In this document: positions 61,639 through 64,000 of the stretch, one piece after another
How the letters are laid out: the number at the start of each line of letters is the position of its first letter
Numbering within the stretch: the first letter of the stretch is position 1
DNA from: Phaeosaccion multiseriatum
Lineage: Eukaryota > Protista > Ochrophyta, other classes
Direction of reading: 5' to 3'
NCBI GenBank assembly: GCA_965112735.1
Contig: OZ218955.1
Coordinates: 2,480,001-2,544,000 of the forward strand
DNA length: 64,000 bases
The notes under the pieces: generated by a model
Told to the model about the DNA's origin: nothing
What the model saw: the letters and a program-made list of their open reading frames with translations, nothing else
The model's database searches: none
Position numbers and translations under genes: made by a program

Positions 61639-63795
61639 CCCCTCAGCAGCATGGTCGGAGAAGAAGAATTTCGTAAGGTGGTGGAAGCGGAGGGCGGGGG
61701 TTTCGCCCTTGTCGAGGAAGAAGCAAACCGCGATTTCCACTCTCTCGTCTCCACCCCACTCCCCTGGGCGGCGGAGGGCTTTGAACTTCTGGAACCTGTC
61801 GAAGCGCGACACCAGCTGAGGCAAAGGGAATCAAGAACAAGCAACAGTGGTTGGGTGAGTGAGTGGTTCAGTCCATCAGGAAGGAAGGCAGGAAGGGAGG
61901 AAGGAGGGAAGGAGGGAGAGGGAGGGAGAGGGATGCAAGGAAGGAAGGAGGGAGGGGAGGAAGGAAGGGAGGAAGGAGGGAAGGAAGGGAGAGGGAGGGG
62001 AGGAAGGAAAGCGGTCCAGCCTGGACTCACCTGGAGGATCCATGGCACGAGAGCACGAGTCCGACTATGCAGGTCGTCTAATTCCGTGGCCACCTTGACG
62101 AACTTGGTACGGTCACACTGATAGCTTGGGCCTCCCTGCGTCCTCCTCTGCTTCCTCCTCTTCGCCTTTTCCCCACCTCTCCTGCTGCGAGCCTTCTTCG
62201 CGTCGTCGGATGTTGCTGTGACGGACGGTAGCATACCCTCAGGAACTTGCCGAAGCGCGTCTTTCACAGTCACTGGGCGCTCAGTATTACTGTGGCGAAC
62301 CACTCCACTCCATGCCGGAGCGGAGAGAAACGAAGGCTTAGGGTCGGCACGGTCGAGGGCTCTGTCCATGTCGTCTTCGAATTTGACTGGATTTCCCAGA
62401 ACTGTGTTCTCGGTGGGGGCGGCAGAAGCGGGCCACCCCGTCTCCTTCCCGTCGCCTGCCGTCGCCGCGTCCAGATCGTTGATAGCTTCGATAAGAAGCT
62501 GCCTGTGGTGTTGCCGCGTTGCCGCGATTTGCAGTGCGCGGTAGCAGACCCCCTCGCAGGGGAGGGACCCTTGGCTTCGCTGTCTTACTTGGTCCGTGTC
62601 GATGGCCTCCTGCCACGCGTAGAAGTACGTAGATGGGTGGTCTACTGGAAGCACAAGGGTCGGTGTGGACCCGTTCTTGCCGAAGAACTCTTCTGGCCAG
62701 CCATGCTGTGTTATCAGCGTGGCCAACAAGTCTCGCTTCTTGGTGGTGTACTTCTCCTTCCAGTCTCCTCCTCGATTAAGACTGGCTGCAGTCGTCCCCG
62801 TCAACATTCTCGAGGCGACCCCGCCCAGTGTCACGACAGCGTTCGGCGCTCTGCCTACCCCCTTCAGCCACACATGGGCCAAGAAGCCCAGAATTCCTGC
62901 CCGAGCTCGGAGCCACTCCGCTGTTCGGCACCGCTCAGCCGTGCCGAGGGAGGCTTGAGCGGCAGCTTGCCTGCAGCGACACAACTTGCCCATCACATGG
63001 GGGTCGGATAAGACAGCTGGGCAGACGGGGATACTGTCCAGATTGACAAAGATGACCTTGCTGTCGTCGTGCCTGCCCTCATTGACCTCAAACTCAACGC
63101 GGTTCGCCTGTTGGCTGTACAGGCAGCATACGTCCCCCGCGCTGCCGATGGAATAGCTGGCTCTCTTCGGCGATTTGGCGGTCCCGCTGTCGTCGGTTTC
63201 AATGCGTAAGGCCGGGCACTGGCCAATTCTCCACACCACCACCCGCTCCTTGTTGCTCCTGGCCAATCGCATCGCTGCCAGGAGCTCCTCCTTCCAGGGG
63301 AAGTCAGTCCCCTTTCCAAGCACCAAGCTCTCAAAAGCCGCCAGCATGTCTTCGGGGGTGTCATCCTCATTCTCGCGAAGAGAGAGTAATGCCGCGTTGA
63401 TGTCCCGGGCACGGTGCTGGCCGTTCGGCACCTTGTTGACGTCCAAGTTGTCCTTGCCCAAAAAAAAGGCTTTGGCCGTCTTGGACTGCTCGACGCCTTT
63501 CTCGCTCAGCTCGAAAGGCGTCGAGCGGGTCTTTTGACCATCTTGACCGGACTGTCGAGGAGCGTTGCAGGGCCCTTCTTCTTTCTCATTCCGACACCAC
63601 GCTTTACACGTGTATGTCTGTTGTCGGGAGGGCAAGAGGGAGGGAGGTCAGAGTCAGTTGCTGGGGGGCGCGTAGCTAGCTCATGGGGGGAGAGGCAACA
63701 TCATACCCCCTCTCGTCTCTTCCCTTACCTTTGGGCCTGCTGCCTTCCTCGCTGGGGCTGCCTTTCTCGATGCTCCACCTCCTCCGCTGCTCTGC
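55590..63795 (-). CDS. Giant multi-exon Fanzor/TnpB-family RuvC nuclease (at least 2,470 aa) with N-terminal UDG-like domain; 5' end probably outside window
   Basis: Exons 63617-62031, 61815-61261, 61160-58427, 58336-56115 and 55901-55590 join through canonical GT-AG introns into 7,410 nt in frame, and a further in-frame exon ends at 63729. C-terminal motifs: RuvC-I VGALDPGFNT, RuvC-II GQDESYTTSS, Zn finger CCVPAC...CTEC and RuvC-III HRDASAARAI. Confidence 0.85.
57510..57706 (-). repeat. 51-bp tandem coding repeat (~4 copies; EERRGEDSAAPPGAVQG) inside the Fanzor-like gene
   Basis: tgctcctggcggggcagcagaatcc... starts at 57510, 57561, 57612 and 57663. Confidence 0.95.
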
Positions 63796-63870
63796 TGTGT
63801 GTGGAACGGCGGGCAAATCGAATGACAAAAGAGTGAGGAGGCGTACCCCACCAAATGCTCTCCCAAACAC

Positions 63871-64000
<130 letters not shown>

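Overview
This is gene-dense, GC-rich eukaryotic nuclear DNA, most likely from a photosynthetic stramenopile (ochrophyte). The supporting signs are GT-AG introns packed with microsatellites, a bipartite signal-peptide plus FAP plastid-targeting presequence, and a Sig/Ocm-type mastigoneme EGF protein. About 19 protein-coding genes can be supported, mostly in head-to-head pairs: a GEX1/KAR5/Brambleberry nuclear-fusion protein, mitoribosomal mS38, a WD40-like protein, PP2C, Zim17/Hep1, a bZIP factor, FKBP, a very large JmjC protein, an EGF mastigoneme-type protein, a plastid NAD(P)-binding protein, an opine dehydrogenase, SF3B4, a HAD hydrolase, and three secreted Pro/Thr-rich proteins sharing unnamed Cys-rich modules. 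The standout is a minus-strand gene at 55590 to beyond 63729 whose 5' end probably runs off the window. It splices in frame across at least 5 introns into a protein of at least ~2,470 aa ending in a Fanzor/TnpB-type RuvC nuclease with all three catalytic acidic residues and a Zn finger. Its N-terminal part carries motifs of a uracil-DNA-glycosylase-superfamily domain. This suggests a giant, intron-containing, possibly domesticated RNA-guided nuclease fusion, with a candidate omegaRNA region just downstream. All family assignments come from motif recognition by eye; no database searches were run.
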